From positions 263,734 to 327,733 of the forward strand of contig CAZDGM010000001.1 of the NCBI GenBank assembly GCA_964505185.1: DNA of 64,000 bases, given 5' to 3'. Positions within the stretch are counted from its first letter, which is position 1; each line of letters starts with the position of its first letter. Below, one piece after another: positions 18,787 to 28,626 of the stretch. The notes beneath the pieces are model-generated. The model saw only the letters and a list, made by a program, of their open reading frames with translations, was not told where the DNA came from and did not search any database. This DNA is from an uncultured Thermodesulfobacteriota bacterium (lineage in GTDB: Bacteria; Desulfobacterota; JBBIRW01). The position numbers and the translations under genes are program-made.

Positions 18787-19350
18787 ATGAAACCAACTGA
18801 ACAACTTAAAGAGGAACATAAGGCAATAAAGCTTATGCTAAAAATCCTGGAGAAGGTTTGTGAGATGCTTCAGAAAAACGAGAGGGTAAAGTCAAATGAT
18901 ATCGAAAAGATTATCGATTTCATCAGAACATTTGCCGATAGGTGTCACCATGGGAAGGAGGAGGACCTTCTATTCCCTGCCTTTGAGGAGTTGGGCATTC
19001 CCAAGGAAGGGGGTCCAATCGGTGTTATGCTTAATGAACATGAAATGGGTCGGAGTTATCTGAGGGGTATGAATGATGCCTTTTCGAGATACAGGGGTGG
19101 TGATGAAAAGGCTTCTGCAGATCTTGTAAAAAACGCAAGGGGCTATATTTCACTCCTTACTGATCACATCTACAAGGAGGACAACATCCTTTACCCTATG
19201 GGTGAGATGCGCCTTTCGGTTGAAAAGGAGAAGGAGCTTTTGGAGAATTTTGAAAAGATTGAGAGGGAGAGGATCGGTCCAGGAAAACATGAGGAATATC
19301 AAAGGCTTTTGCATCATCTAAGTGAAGTCTATCTTGGTGAACATTACTGA
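18787..19350 (+). CDS. Hemerythrin-like (HHE cation-binding domain) protein
   Basis: H..HHGKEEDLLFPAFEE, NEHEMGRSYL and LLTDHIYKEDN fit the hemerythrin/HHE His/Glu ligand pattern. GGAGG RBS. Confidence 0.7.
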   Translation: MKPTEQLKEEHKAIKLMLKILEKVCEMLQKNERVKSNDIEKIIDFIRTFADRCHHGKEEDLLFPAFEELGIPKEGGPIGVMLNEHEMGRSYLRGMNDAFSRYRGGDEKASADLVKNARGYISLLTDHIYKEDNILYPMGEMRLSVEKEKELLENFEKIERERIGPGKHEEYQRLLHHLSEVYLGEHY

Positions 19351-19383
19351 AGGAGAAATTTGTTGCAGATAAAAAAATTTATA

Positions 19384-19413
19384 TTGAATGATATGGATAT
19401 CTCCTGCTATAAT
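19384..19413 (+). promoter_or_regulatory. Sigma70-like promoter for bfr (TTGAAT-18-TATAAT)
   Basis: TTGAAT at 19384-19389 and a perfect TATAAT at 19408-19413, about 55 nt upstream of the bfr start. Confidence 0.45.
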
Positions 19414-19469
19414 GTGCAGAGTATCCTATCAGAGGTATACATTTGTATACAGAAATAAAGGAGGTATCC

Positions 19470-19907
19470 ATGTCAAGAGAGAAACTTATAAAGGCACTAA
19501 ATGATGATCTCGCACTGGAACTTGCTGCTATAACACAGTATATGTGGCATCATGTTATGGCAGAAGGACTGGAAAGCCCTGAGATTTCCGAGATGTTTAG
19601 AAAGATTGCCATCGATGAGATGAAACATGCTGAGAAACTTGCAGAGAGGGTAAACTACCTTGGTGGAACACCTATTACAAAACCGGGAGAGATAAAGGTT
19701 GGTGGTGATCTCAAAAAGATGATAAAAGATGACATCGATGGCGAAAGGATGGCAATAAAGCTGTACAAAGAACATCTGAAGCTTGCAGAGGAAACAGGTG
19801 ATCCTGTGACAAAGAGAATCCTTGAGGAGATTATAATGGATGAAGAAGGGCATGATGATAAATTCAGTGCCATCCTCAAAATTAAGACCCTTGCCGAAGA
19901 ACAATGA
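19470..19907 (+). CDS. bfr: Bacterioferritin (Bfr family ferritin-like di-iron protein)
   Basis: Aligns to Bfr through the LN..LA.ELAAI.QY..H block, IDEMKHAE (haem-axial Met position) and DEEGH. AAGGAGG RBS before ATG 19470. Confidence 0.75.
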   Translation: MSREKLIKALNDDLALELAAITQYMWHHVMAEGLESPEISEMFRKIAIDEMKHAEKLAERVNYLGGTPITKPGEIKVGGDLKKMIKDDIDGERMAIKLYKEHLKLAEETGDPVTKRILEEIIMDEEGHDDKFSAILKIKTLAEEQ

Positions 19908-19913
19908 TCAAGA

Positions 19914-19951
19914 GGGGAGGGATCTGTGATAGGAAATATGGATCCCTCCTT
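19914..19951 (+). terminator. Hairpin (9-bp GGAGGGATC stem, 16-nt loop) after bfr; possible terminator lacking a U-tract
   Basis: GGAGGGATC (19916-19924) pairs with GATCCCTCC (19941-19949). The downstream sequence is not T-rich. Confidence 0.3.
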
Positions 19952-20076
19952 CCCGCATATTAAAGATATTTAATCTTAGAGAAGGTATTGAATTTAGGAA
20001 GATCCATTGATATTTATTATTTTAAGTTTTAATGCTATCGCTAAGTAAAAATACAAAGAATCAAAAGGAGGATCTT

Positions 20077-20655
20077 ATGAGCTACAATCCAAAAGATTAC
20101 AGCAGGCTTATAGGTATTGAAGGCTTCAGTGAAACACTGCTCAAGAATCACTTCACCCTTTATCAGGGATATGTAACAAACACAAACAAATTAATTGATA
20201 CGTTAAACAGTATGTTGAAAGATGGGAAGGCGGGAACTCCCGAGTATGCGGAGCTCAAAAGGAGGCTTGGATGGGAATTCAATGGGATGAGGCTTCACGA
20301 ATATTACTTTGAAAATCTCGGTGGCAAGGGCGGAATAAAGAAGGAAAGCAGGATCGCAAGAAAGATTGCCGAGGATTTTGGAAGCTATGAGCAATGGGAG
20401 AGGGATTTCAAATCATGCGGGACAATGAGGGGTATTGGCTGGGTGATACTTTATCAGGATCCTGCAAATGGAAAGCTCATAAATTTCTGGATAAACGAAC
20501 ATGACGTTTCTCATCCTGCTGGATGTAATCCTATCCTAATAATGGATGTCTTTGAGCACGCATTCATGATAGATTATGGATTAAAGAGGGCAGATTATAT
20601 TGAGGCATTTTTCAGAAATATAAACTGGGATGTTGTTGAAGGAAGGTTAAAGTAG
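20077..20655 (+). CDS. sod: Fe/Mn-family superoxide dismutase (divergent N-terminus)
   Basis: C-terminal DVFEHAFMIDYGLKRADYIEAFFRNINWDVV matches the SOD DVWEHAYY signature. All four metal-ligand positions appear retained, but the HHxKHH gateway is replaced by NHFTLYQ. AAGGAGG RBS at ATG 20077. Confidence 0.75.
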   Translation: MSYNPKDYSRLIGIEGFSETLLKNHFTLYQGYVTNTNKLIDTLNSMLKDGKAGTPEYAELKRRLGWEFNGMRLHEYYFENLGGKGGIKKESRIARKIAEDFGSYEQWERDFKSCGTMRGIGWVILYQDPANGKLINFWINEHDVSHPAGCNPILIMDVFEHAFMIDYGLKRADYIEAFFRNINWDVVEGRLK

Positions 20656-20664
20656 TTAAAAACA

Positions 20665-21326
20665 ATGAAAGACGAAATGCCTGAGATCGGGAAGATATCA
20701 CAGCAGATCTTTGATGAGATAATACTGCCTCATCTTGGCAGAAGGATGAAGTAGGTTCTTGTAAGTCCGATGCATGGGGTTGATGTTGGTATTGTTGAGA
20801 TAAGTGAGGATCATGTAATGGCATTGACAACCGATCCTGTTTTCATTGTTCCGGAGTATGGATGGGAGAGATCCGCATGGTTAGCTGTTCACATTCTTGC
20901 TTCAGATGCAGCAACATCAGGGTTGAAGCCAGTATACATGTGAGGGATCAGGGTGTCACTGCAATGCACGATGAAACGGAATGCGGGGTTCTTGGGGGAC
21001 TATATGAGATCGCAGAGGCATCAAAAGTCGGGATGATTGTGGATAAGGATAAGATAATCGTAAAGGATTTGGTAAAGAAGATATGCGAGCTATTTCGGAT
21101 AGATCCTTCCAGCTCAATAAGTGAGGGAACGCTCATCATCACAGTAAGACCATATCGGGCAAAGGAGGTGGATCTCCTCATCAATAGTTGGTGAGATTCT
21201 TCCAAGGGAGGAAGGGATCCATATTATGGAAGGCGGGGTAAAGAGGGAGCTTCAGCACCCCAGGGTGGATCCCTTCTGGGCTGCATTCGAGAGGGAATTA
21301 AGGGTGGCGAGGGAGTGCAGTAGGTG
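20665..21326 (+). pseudogene. Decayed PurM/AIR-synthase-related (ThiL/HypE/SelD-like) gene broken into four frame fragments
   Basis: PurM-like N-domain text (GVDVGIVEI.EDHVMALTTDPVFIV..ASDAATSG) and C-domain text (ECGVLGGLYEIAEASKVGMIVD, then GGVKRELQHPRVDP) lie in three different frames. These are interrupted by TAG 20752, TGA 20940 and TGA 21192. Total length (~220 codons) is shorter than intact family members. Confidence 0.6.
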
Positions 21327-21329
21327 AAT

Positions 21330-21869
21330 TTAACTACTTGTTATCTCCTCAAGGACCCTTTTGTGTATGGAAAACGCCTTATCATCATAGAGGACAAAGC
21401 GGACAAGCTCTATCCCTTCGTTTTCCTTTAGAAAATCGATTACAGCCCTGATGGCAACCCTTGCTGCATCCTCCATGGGATATCCAAATACACCTGTGCT
21501 TATTGCGGGAAAGGCTATTGTTTTTATCCCGCGGGATTTTGCAAGCTTAAGTGAATTTATGTAGCACGATCGCAGATCTTTTTCATCCTGCTCTGATCCA
21601 CTGTAAACAGGACCCACCGTATGTATCACATATCTGTTAGGGAGCCTGTAGGCAGATGTAATCTTTGCCTCTCCTGTTTCACATCCTCCAAGACTTCTGC
21701 ACTCCTCCCAGAGTTCCGGTCCTGCCGCACGGTGGATCGCTCCTGCTACTCCACCTCCAGGGGCAAGAGCCTTATTGGCTGCATTAACTATTGCCTCTGT
21801 ATCCTGTTTTGTAATATCACCCTTTACAAGCTCGATAACTGAATCATTGATTCTTTTGCTGACCTTCAT
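21330..21869 (-). CDS. Macro-domain protein (ADP-ribose/O-acetyl-ADP-ribose processing, YmdB-like)
   Basis: IVNAANKALAPGGGVAGAIHRAAGP and TSAYRLPNRYVIHTVGP are the conserved macro-domain motifs. Confidence 0.85.
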   Translation of the reverse strand: MKVSKRINDSVIELVKGDITKQDTEAIVNAANKALAPGGGVAGAIHRAAGPELWEECRSLGGCETGEAKITSAYRLPNRYVIHTVGPVYSGSEQDEKDLRSCYINSLKLAKSRGIKTIAFPAISTGVFGYPMEDAARVAIRAVIDFLKENEGIELVRFVLYDDKAFSIHKRVLEEITSS

Positions 21870-21889
21870 ACTTTAGCTATAAAGATTAA

Positions 21890-22681
21890 TTACTTCTGTT
21901 CTTTTTCAGTTGAAGGAATTTCTACACTTCCTGTTATATTCTTTTTTGCAAGACTGTCAGTAATAATAAGCACTGCCTGGGCTATCACATCCCTCGTTGC
22001 CTCTTCAAGCGGTGTGTTCTTGAAGGACTCAAACCATCCGGCAGCACCGCCTCCCCCAAACCATCCAAATCCTCCTACGCCGAAATTCCATCTGCCGGAT
22101 TTTCCCTCGACTGCCTTACTAACGGTAATCTTTGCATCCTTGACTCTTATTACCCTCATATCAAGGCCTATATGTGCCTCACTTTTTCCTGCTTTAAGAC
22201 CAACCCCACCTATGAATGGAAGTGGCACAACTATACCACCTCCTCCTCCACCCACTCCAGATGCCTGAAGTTCAAGAGCAGTTATTGAGCCTGTTATCAA
22301 GAAATCAGCACCTTTTAGAACCTGTTCCGGATCCTTGCCAAGCATACGAAGTTCTTCTTTTACCTCCTCAAGGGCTTCTCTTTCATAAACCTCAAAACAA
22401 CCTGTTTCAGCAAGTGCCGTAAGGAGCATATCTGAAAGACCGTCTCCAAGGGCACGGGGTGAGACCTGAATTACATAGTTTCCACCAAATACGAGTCTTT
22501 CCCCCTGACAGGATGCTGCCTTGCATTTAAATCCCCTGGCCACAACCTTTCCAATGGGCTTATCACACTTTGGCAGCTTCAATGTTCTTTCTTTAACCTG
22601 CTCGGCATATTCATCTGCAAAAGATGGGACAGGAAGAAACATTAATAGTGCACATATCAGTAGAGGCATTATTTTTTTCAT
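21890..22681 (-). CDS. Secreted/lipoprotein of CsgG-like family (tentative), Gly-rich segment
   Basis: Signal peptide. LSDMLLTALAETGCFEVYEREALEEVK resembles the CsgG-family core. Poly-Gly run GVGGGGGGI. Confidence 0.35.
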   Translation of the reverse strand: MKKIMPLLICALLMFLPVPSFADEYAEQVKERTLKLPKCDKPIGKVVARGFKCKAASCQGERLVFGGNYVIQVSPRALGDGLSDMLLTALAETGCFEVYEREALEEVKEELRMLGKDPEQVLKGADFLITGSITALELQASGVGGGGGGIVVPLPFIGGVGLKAGKSEAHIGLDMRVIRVKDAKITVSKAVEGKSGRWNFGVGGFGWFGGGGAAGWFESFKNTPLEEATRDVIAQAVLIITDSLAKKNITGSVEIPSTEKEQK

Positions 22682-22807
22682 TCTTTCTCCTCCTCAAGGG
22701 GTGAAAACTTATATAAATTTTTTAAATTATATGGATAGTTGCTCCAATTATCAAATATTTTATGCTATTATTAGATCCCTGGAAACGCAGGACTTCCTAA
22801 ATTCGAT

Positions 22808-24190
22808 ATGAAATCATATCTTAACAGAGAAAAGATATTAGATGATCTTGACCAGTATATATCATCTTCCAGGATGTCATTTGAAGAGAAGCTTTCCGTA
22901 ATGGTAGGGATTGCTACTATTAGCGCTGATCCTGCCTGCCGAGGGCACATTGATCGAGCAGCGGATTTTGCAGTTGATCTAATAAAGAATTTTGGAGGTC
23001 GTGGAGAAAGATTTGATGCAGGCGGAAATCCAGTTGTTGTTGGGTCCTTTCAAATTTCGGAGAAAGCACCATGGATAACTATATATAATCATCTTGATGT
23101 TCAGCCGGCAGGCGAAGAGGGCTGGGAAACCGATCCTTTTAATTTCTGTAAAAAGGGCGATGTCTATTATGGAAGGGGGTGCACGGATGATAAAGGTCCT
23201 GCACTTACTGCACTCTTTGCTGCAAGATATGCATTTGAAAAGAAAATTCCCGTAAACATGAGGCTGCTCTGGGAATGTGAGGAAGAAATAGGTAGCCCTT
23301 CCTTTGACGATTTTCTCAAAACGCACAGAGGGGTGTTGAGGTCTGATTGTATCCTTGTTTCCGATACTGTATGGATTTCGAGGAAGAGACCCGCAATATC
23401 CTATTTTCTACGCGGCCTTCTTGCTGTGTCCATGAGACTTGAGACTGCAGAAAGAGAAAGTCACTCAGGGTTAACCGGAGGAGCTGCAAGGAACCCTTTA
23501 GCAGAGCTTTGCGATGTTATTTCAAAACTTCACGATGCGCGTTCTGGAAAAGTTAAGATTCCGGGATTTTACAGAAATGTAAAAAGAGTTGAAGAAAGGG
23601 AGATGAAAGATTTTATTTTATCAGGATTCAGTTTAAGGGAGTTCATGCGGGTTCATGGTCTAAGGTCTCTCAGGTCCAGGGACAGGAGAGAAACCCTTCT
23701 GAAAATATGGGGAAATCCAACCTTTGAGGTCCATGTAATAAACAGTTCCTATCCGGGTCCTGCTCTTAAAACAGTCGTTCCCTCCTGGGCAGAGGCAAAG
23801 ATAAGCATGAGACTTGTTCCTGATCAGGATCCACATGATATATTTCGGATCTTGAAGAGTCACTTGAAAAGATTAAATCCTGATATAAAACTCAAGGGTC
23901 TTGCCTTCCTCCATCCATTTTCCGGAGAAAGGAGCGGTGTATATGCTGATGCCGTGGCGAGGGCTATAGAATATGGATTCGGGAAAAGGCCGGTTTTTGT
24001 CCGCGAAGGAGGATCCATAGGAGCGGTGCTTTCAATGAAAAGATATCTGAAGGCACCTGTAATATTTATGGGTCTCAGTTTACCAGAGCACAACTATCAT
24101 GGTCCCAATGAAAATTTCGATTGGGGACAGGCAAGTGGCGGCATTAGGAGTTTTGTATATTTATTCTCTGAATTGTCAAAAGTGTGTTAA
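22808..24190 (+). CDS. M20-family metallopeptidase (dipeptidase/ArgE/DapE-like)
   Basis: ITIYNHLDVQPAGEEGWETDPF and YGRGCTDDKGP carry the M20 metal-binding and catalytic motifs. Confidence 0.8.
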   Translation: MKSYLNREKILDDLDQYISSSRMSFEEKLSVMVGIATISADPACRGHIDRAADFAVDLIKNFGGRGERFDAGGNPVVVGSFQISEKAPWITIYNHLDVQPAGEEGWETDPFNFCKKGDVYYGRGCTDDKGPALTALFAARYAFEKKIPVNMRLLWECEEEIGSPSFDDFLKTHRGVLRSDCILVSDTVWISRKRPAISYFLRGLLAVSMRLETAERESHSGLTGGAARNPLAELCDVISKLHDARSGKVKIPGFYRNVKRVEEREMKDFILSGFSLREFMRVHGLRSLRSRDRRETLLKIWGNPTFEVHVINSSYPGPALKTVVPSWAEAKISMRLVPDQDPHDIFRILKSHLKRLNPDIKLKGLAFLHPFSGERSGVYADAVARAIEYGFGKRPVFVREGGSIGAVLSMKRYLKAPVIFMGLSLPEHNYHGPNENFDWGQASGGIRSFVYLFSELSKVC

Positions 24191-24200
24191 AGATGGACCT

Positions 24201-24578
24201 TTAAGGTATATTGATATTTAGATCATATGTTCCCAGTGAAACTTTACTAACAAGGGCCTCTTTCCATAAGATATCCATAACTTTACTTTTAAGATCCTTT
24301 GGAATCATAATGATAAGTTTTACTCCAAGATTGGAAAGGGTCTTCCACTGGGATATTTTTTCAGGGTCTATAGAATGGGCAGTTTCAACTTCCATAACGG
24401 CCAGGGTTACACCATAATTTCCAAGGATGAGATCCGGAAAACAACCCTTAAAATCATGCTTTTTCATCCCTGTCACATTTATCTTTATGTCATTGAAATC
24501 CCTTGAGAGTCTCTCTGCCAGATACTCTATCATCCAATCGTGAAATATCTGCTCTTTCTTATCCATTATCACATCCAC
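24201..24578 (-). CDS. Hypothetical protein (125 aa)
   Basis: ORF with no recognisable motif. A PDLIL...MEVE stretch only hints at a PD-(D/E)xK-like fold. Confidence 0.3.
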   Translation of the reverse strand: MDVIMDKKEQIFHDWMIEYLAERLSRDFNDIKINVTGMKKHDFKGCFPDLILGNYGVTLAVMEVETAHSIDPEKISQWKTLSNLGVKLIIMIPKDLKSKVMDILWKEALVSKVSLGTYDLNINIP

Positions 24579-24629
24579 TCTATCATTTTTAGTAAGTATA
24601 CCATAGGATCAAAACTGCTCATATCAAAA

Positions 24630-24884
24630 CTATATTTTTCTTTTAAATATCAACTGCCACCATCCCCTGCCGGCAAGAAATACACCTGCTGAGAAAAGTG
24701 CCCAGCTTACTAAAGAACCTATAGTTGACACTACAATCTTTAGGGTTGAGGAAAGAGGAAGGAAAGGGATGACTGCATATAAAGGATATATGAGAAAGCT
24801 TGTCCCGATAAGTATTATGCCTGAAATGATTTTCCATAAAGGGATCGATTTTCCGGGGGAGGCTTTAATATTATCTCTTTCCAT
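24630..24884 (-). CDS. Small membrane protein (2 TM, 84 aa)
   Basis: Hydrophobic helices only. Weak coding evidence. Confidence 0.3.
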   Translation of the reverse strand: MERDNIKASPGKSIPLWKIISGIILIGTSFLIYPLYAVIPFLPLSSTLKIVVSTIGSLVSWALFSAGVFLAGRGWWQLIFKRKI

Positions 24885-24981
24885 ATAATCAATTTCTTGG
24901 AGACCTTGCTTATAAAGGATTCATTTAAGATGTAAAGCCTGCTCCTTGAAGCATCTCCATATTTAACATAATATTACTGAT

Positions 24982-25803
24982 ATGAGGATTAAAAAAGTCA
25001 TCTGCAAGTCCATCCTTACGAGGTCTGCGCTTGCCGATTATACCATAAATTGTTATACCGGATGTCAGCATGGATGTATTTACTGCTATGCACGTTTCAT
25101 GATGAAGTTTAAAGGATATACAGATCCATGGGGAAGCTTTGTCGATGTAAAAATAAACGCACCCGATCTGCTTAAAAAAGAAATTGTAAAATCGAGAAGA
25201 GGAACCGTTTTTATAAGCAGTGTGTGCGATGGATGGCAACCGCTTGAGGAGGAGTTCAGGCTGACGAGGAAGTGTTTGGAGATTTTAAAAGATCATGGCT
25301 TTCCGGTAAGGGTCCTTACAAAAAGTTCCCTTATCATTAGGGATATGAATATTCTTTCAGGATACAGGAACTGCGAGATAGGTGTAACAATAACAACGCT
25401 TAATGATTCCGTGCGGAAGGATTTTGAACCACAAGCCTCATCTGTATTTGATAGAATAGGCGTTCTGAAAGAGTCAAAGTCAGCGGGTCTTAAGACCTAC
25501 CTCTTCTTTGGTCCTCTCCTTCCAGGTATATCCGACAGTAAAGATGAAATTGATTCTATGGTAGAACTTGTAAAGAAAATAGGTGTTGATTTTTTCTTTG
25601 TTGATATAATGAACCCTCACTGGCAGATCTGGTCCTCGATGAAGGGAGTGCTTTTGAACAGATACCCCCATGCAGTGGATAATATGAGGGATGTGCTTTA
25701 CAACATTAACATAAGAAGGTTCTATGCAATGAGGATAAAGGCCGTTTTCAGAGAAAAATGTATCCATTACGATCTTAACAAAAAAGTGATTTTCTGTTTT
25801 TAA
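24982..25803 (+). CDS. Radical SAM protein, SPL/SplB-like (COG1533 family)
   Basis: CYTGCQHGCIYCYARF (CxxxCxxC) near the N-terminus. About 270-aa size typical of the spore-photoproduct-lyase-like family. Confidence 0.7.
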   Translation: MRIKKVICKSILTRSALADYTINCYTGCQHGCIYCYARFMMKFKGYTDPWGSFVDVKINAPDLLKKEIVKSRRGTVFISSVCDGWQPLEEEFRLTRKCLEILKDHGFPVRVLTKSSLIIRDMNILSGYRNCEIGVTITTLNDSVRKDFEPQASSVFDRIGVLKESKSAGLKTYLFFGPLLPGISDSKDEIDSMVELVKKIGVDFFFVDIMNPHWQIWSSMKGVLLNRYPHAVDNMRDVLYNINIRRFYAMRIKAVFREKCIHYDLNKKVIFCF

Positions 25804-27029
25804 TGCATTTCGCGGTAAAAGAGGCTTCTTTTAAGGTACCTGAAGAGTTCAAAGAAGTGGTTTTTCTGCTTAAGTATTATGATGGTAGAAAGGGCCAGGT
25901 AGATAAAAGAGTATATGTAGCGATTATGAACCGATGTAACAAAGAGCTGTGTTACAAAGAGCATAAAGAGGACTGTAACCTCAAGAATGGAGATTCTGAG
26001 GTTTACCAGTATGCTCAAAGCAAAAAGGGACTGTGCGGCGGTAAGCAAAACCTCCTCCCTTGCCCTTTCCAGAAGTTGGATAGAGGATGGGTTTCCTGAG
26101 GATATGCTGAAGGCAAGCGGGAGGGAGGCAATAAGCAGTGTCCACTGGTTGATCTTTGAAGATATCACTGCTGTCATTGATGATGTTGAGAAACCTTTCA
26201 AAGCAAAGTAAGAGATTATTATGAGTTCAGGTGATTCTGATGCAAGTGGGGCAATCCACTGGATGAGTAAGAATTCATCGACTCCAGCTATCTTCCCTAT
26301 CTTTATTAGACCTTCTGCAAAGGCCTCCGTTGATATAAATATTATGGAAGCAGAGTATATAAATATCGTAATAATCAGTAGCCTCCTCCACAGAGGTTTA
26401 AGCAGGGATAACAGGTGGAGCATCCCCTCTATTTCAGGTTCTTTATGTGGCATGCGCAAGGCAGTTAGTATGTAGAGGAAAAATATAGATGAGAGGAGAA
26501 CTGTATCCACAAGCGAAATAGTCCCTTTAATGGGGAGAATGAAGCAGTAAAAGGTTGCAATGCTCAAGAAACCTATCTCTGCGGAGAGATCCTTTTCAAG
26601 GATTATATGGAATATATCCCTGTTGATCTTTCCCTTTGATCGGAGCGCCCACCAGCTCAGCAATGTGGTAACTGACCATCCAATTCCTATAAGCAACCTG
26701 TTTGCACCGGTCATATTTGCTGAAACAAGAGGGATATAAAGGGGGTTCTTCCCTGCACTCCAGGCAAGGTATATATCAACTGCATATTCAGGGAAAACAG
26801 CAATCAGTGCAATTAATGCCATTGCAAAGGATCTTGACAGATCGAACTGCGCGAGTTCAGATGCCCATGAGATGAGAAAAGATGCACCTACAATAGCAAG
26901 CCCGCTTAAAAGGACCTCAGCATAGGCTCCTGCATGATAACCAAGGAATCTTACGGTTACCCATGGAATGGGACAGGAGAATGTGAACAAAAAGATACCC
27001 GCATATAAGAGAATTGGCCTTTTTTTCAA
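25800..27029 (-). CDS. Polytopic membrane protein, CaCA (cation/Ca2+ exchanger)-like with two alpha-repeat-like segments
   Basis: AVFPEYAVDIYLA and LASESPELIIISYFA resemble the paired G-S/T-x-PE alpha repeats. About 11 TM helices. Confidence 0.4.
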   Translation of the reverse strand: MKKRPILLYAGIFLFTFSCPIPWVTVRFLGYHAGAYAEVLLSGLAIVGASFLISWASELAQFDLSRSFAMALIALIAVFPEYAVDIYLAWSAGKNPLYIPLVSANMTGANRLLIGIGWSVTTLLSWWALRSKGKINRDIFHIILEKDLSAEIGFLSIATFYCFILPIKGTISLVDTVLLSSIFFLYILTALRMPHKEPEIEGMLHLLSLLKPLWRRLLIITIFIYSASIIFISTEAFAEGLIKIGKIAGVDEFLLIQWIAPLASESPELIIISYFALKGFSTSSMTAVISSKINQWTLLIASLPLAFSISSGNPSSIQLLERAREEVLLTAAQSLFALSILVNLRISILEVTVLFMLFVTQLFVTSVHNRYIYSFIYLALSTIIILKQKNHFFELFRYLKRSLFYREMH

Positions 27030-27141
27030 ACCTTCCTTTCCCTGAATAAAATCCTATTAATTACCTGTTATTGCACCTTTGTGTTCCTCAAGTGATGCAT
27101 ATCCAAAAGATAAGATTCCCACCCCGGCTCCTTTTAGGAAT

Positions 27142-27828
27142 TCAGTTTTGTTTTCCTATTTCCCTTTTCAGTATCTCTATATTTTTTCTCGCAAGGATAT
27201 TTTCAGGGTCGAGTTCAAGGACATCCTGAAATTCCGAAAGCGCATCATTGAATCTTCCAACCCTTGCATATGCAACGCCAAGATTTACCTTTGCAATGAT
27301 AGAATTTGGTCTTATATCCTTTGCCCTTTCAAACGCCCTGATGGCCTGCTCATGCTCATCTCTCATGCTGTAAATAACACCCATGTTGTAGTGTGCAAGA
27401 AAATGTCCTGGATCAAGTTTCACTGCATTCATCTGTGCATTCAGGGCTTCATCAAGCATTCCCATGCGTAGAAAGACAACGCCAAGGTTTGTATAAACCT
27501 CGGCTGCAGGGGAAATTCGGAGTGCCTCATTTAGCTCTTCAAGGGCTTCATTCAGCTGACCATTGTCTGAATAGGCTATACCGAGGCAGAGATGGCCCGC
27601 AGAGGCATCAGGATTTATACGAATTGCCTCATGGAATTCATTTATTGCAAGATTATACTTCTGCGTCCTGTGATAGATTATTCCAAGATTCATATGTGCT
27701 TCAAAACAGTCGGGATTGTAATGAATCGCCTCCTGGAGCAGATCAACAGCTTGTGAATAATCTCCGCCTTCAATCATGGAGAGTGCCTTTTTGAGATAGA
27801 TAAAAGAGAGGGTCTTATTATTCATCAA
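27142..27828 (-). CDS. Tetratricopeptide-repeat (TPR) protein
   Basis: Six tandem 34-residue repeats with the A..YN.G..Y....Y..AI..F..A pattern. Confidence 0.8.
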   Translation of the reverse strand: MMNNKTLSFIYLKKALSMIEGGDYSQAVDLLQEAIHYNPDCFEAHMNLGIIYHRTQKYNLAINEFHEAIRINPDASAGHLCLGIAYSDNGQLNEALEELNEALRISPAAEVYTNLGVVFLRMGMLDEALNAQMNAVKLDPGHFLAHYNMGVIYSMRDEHEQAIRAFERAKDIRPNSIIAKVNLGVAYARVGRFNDALSEFQDVLELDPENILARKNIEILKREIGKQN

Positions 27829-27892
27829 TTTTCTTTTCTTATCCGGACTTTAATTATATTATATACGAAAATCCTTTCGTAAAAGTAAATAT

Positions 27893-28546
27893 TTGAGGAT
27901 GAAAACCAATACCACCTTTTTGGTTCTCCTCGCTGTTTTTTTCAGTTCCTGCTCTTTAATCAGATACAAGCCTGTAGTTCCTTATGAAGAAAGAGGGTAT
28001 GCATCATGGTACGGACCGGGATTCCATGGAAAGAGAACAGCTTCCGGTGAGGTATTCGATATGTATGAGTTGACAGCAGCATCAAGAACACTTCCTGTGG
28101 GTAGCTATGCAATGGTAACAAATCTTGAGAATGGAAAGAGCGTTGTTGTTAGAATAAATGATTTTGGACCTTTTGTGGAAGGGAGAATAATCGATCTTTC
28201 CTATGCAGCTGCGAAACAGCTTGAAATGATTGGTAAGGGTGTTGTTCCTGTGGTTGTTCAGCCTATAAGTGTTCCTGCATCTTTTGAGTCCGAAAGTCTT
28301 AAAAAGGAGAGATACACACTTCAGGTGGGATCATTCATATCATATGAGTATGCAGTGAGGCTTAAGAAGGAGCTGGAGGTCAAGTTCAAAGGGGCTTATA
28401 TGGAGGAAAAGGTAATAGGTGGGAGAACCTTCTACAGGGTAAGGGTTGGATTCTTTAGCGATTACGGAAAGGCAAGGTCTACAGCTACAAAGTTAGCATC
28501 AAAAGGTTACCAGGTAATAATTATTGATAGATCAAAGGATTTTTAA
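27893..28546 (+). CDS. rlpA: Septal-ring lytic transglycosylase RlpA-like (DPBB domain) with C-terminal SPOR domain
   Basis: Signal peptide. [22 protein letters not shown]...VRINDFGP is the RlpA double-psi beta-barrel. The C-terminal YTLQVGSF....A..L block is a SPOR domain. Confidence 0.8.
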   Translation: MRMKTNTTFLVLLAVFFSSCSLIRYKPVVPYEERGYASWYGPGFHGKRTASGEVFDMYELTAASRTLPVGSYAMVTNLENGKSVVVRINDFGPFVEGRIIDLSYAAAKQLEMIGKGVVPVVVQPISVPASFESESLKKERYTLQVGSFISYEYAVRLKKELEVKFKGAYMEEKVIGGRTFYRVRVGFFSDYGKARSTATKLASKGYQVIIIDRSKDF

Positions 28547-28626
28547 TTAAAAGAAAATCCTGGTAAAGGGCGGGATTAAAATGTATAATTCCTGAAAATA
28601 GAAAATGGTTTTAAAAGGAGGATCCC

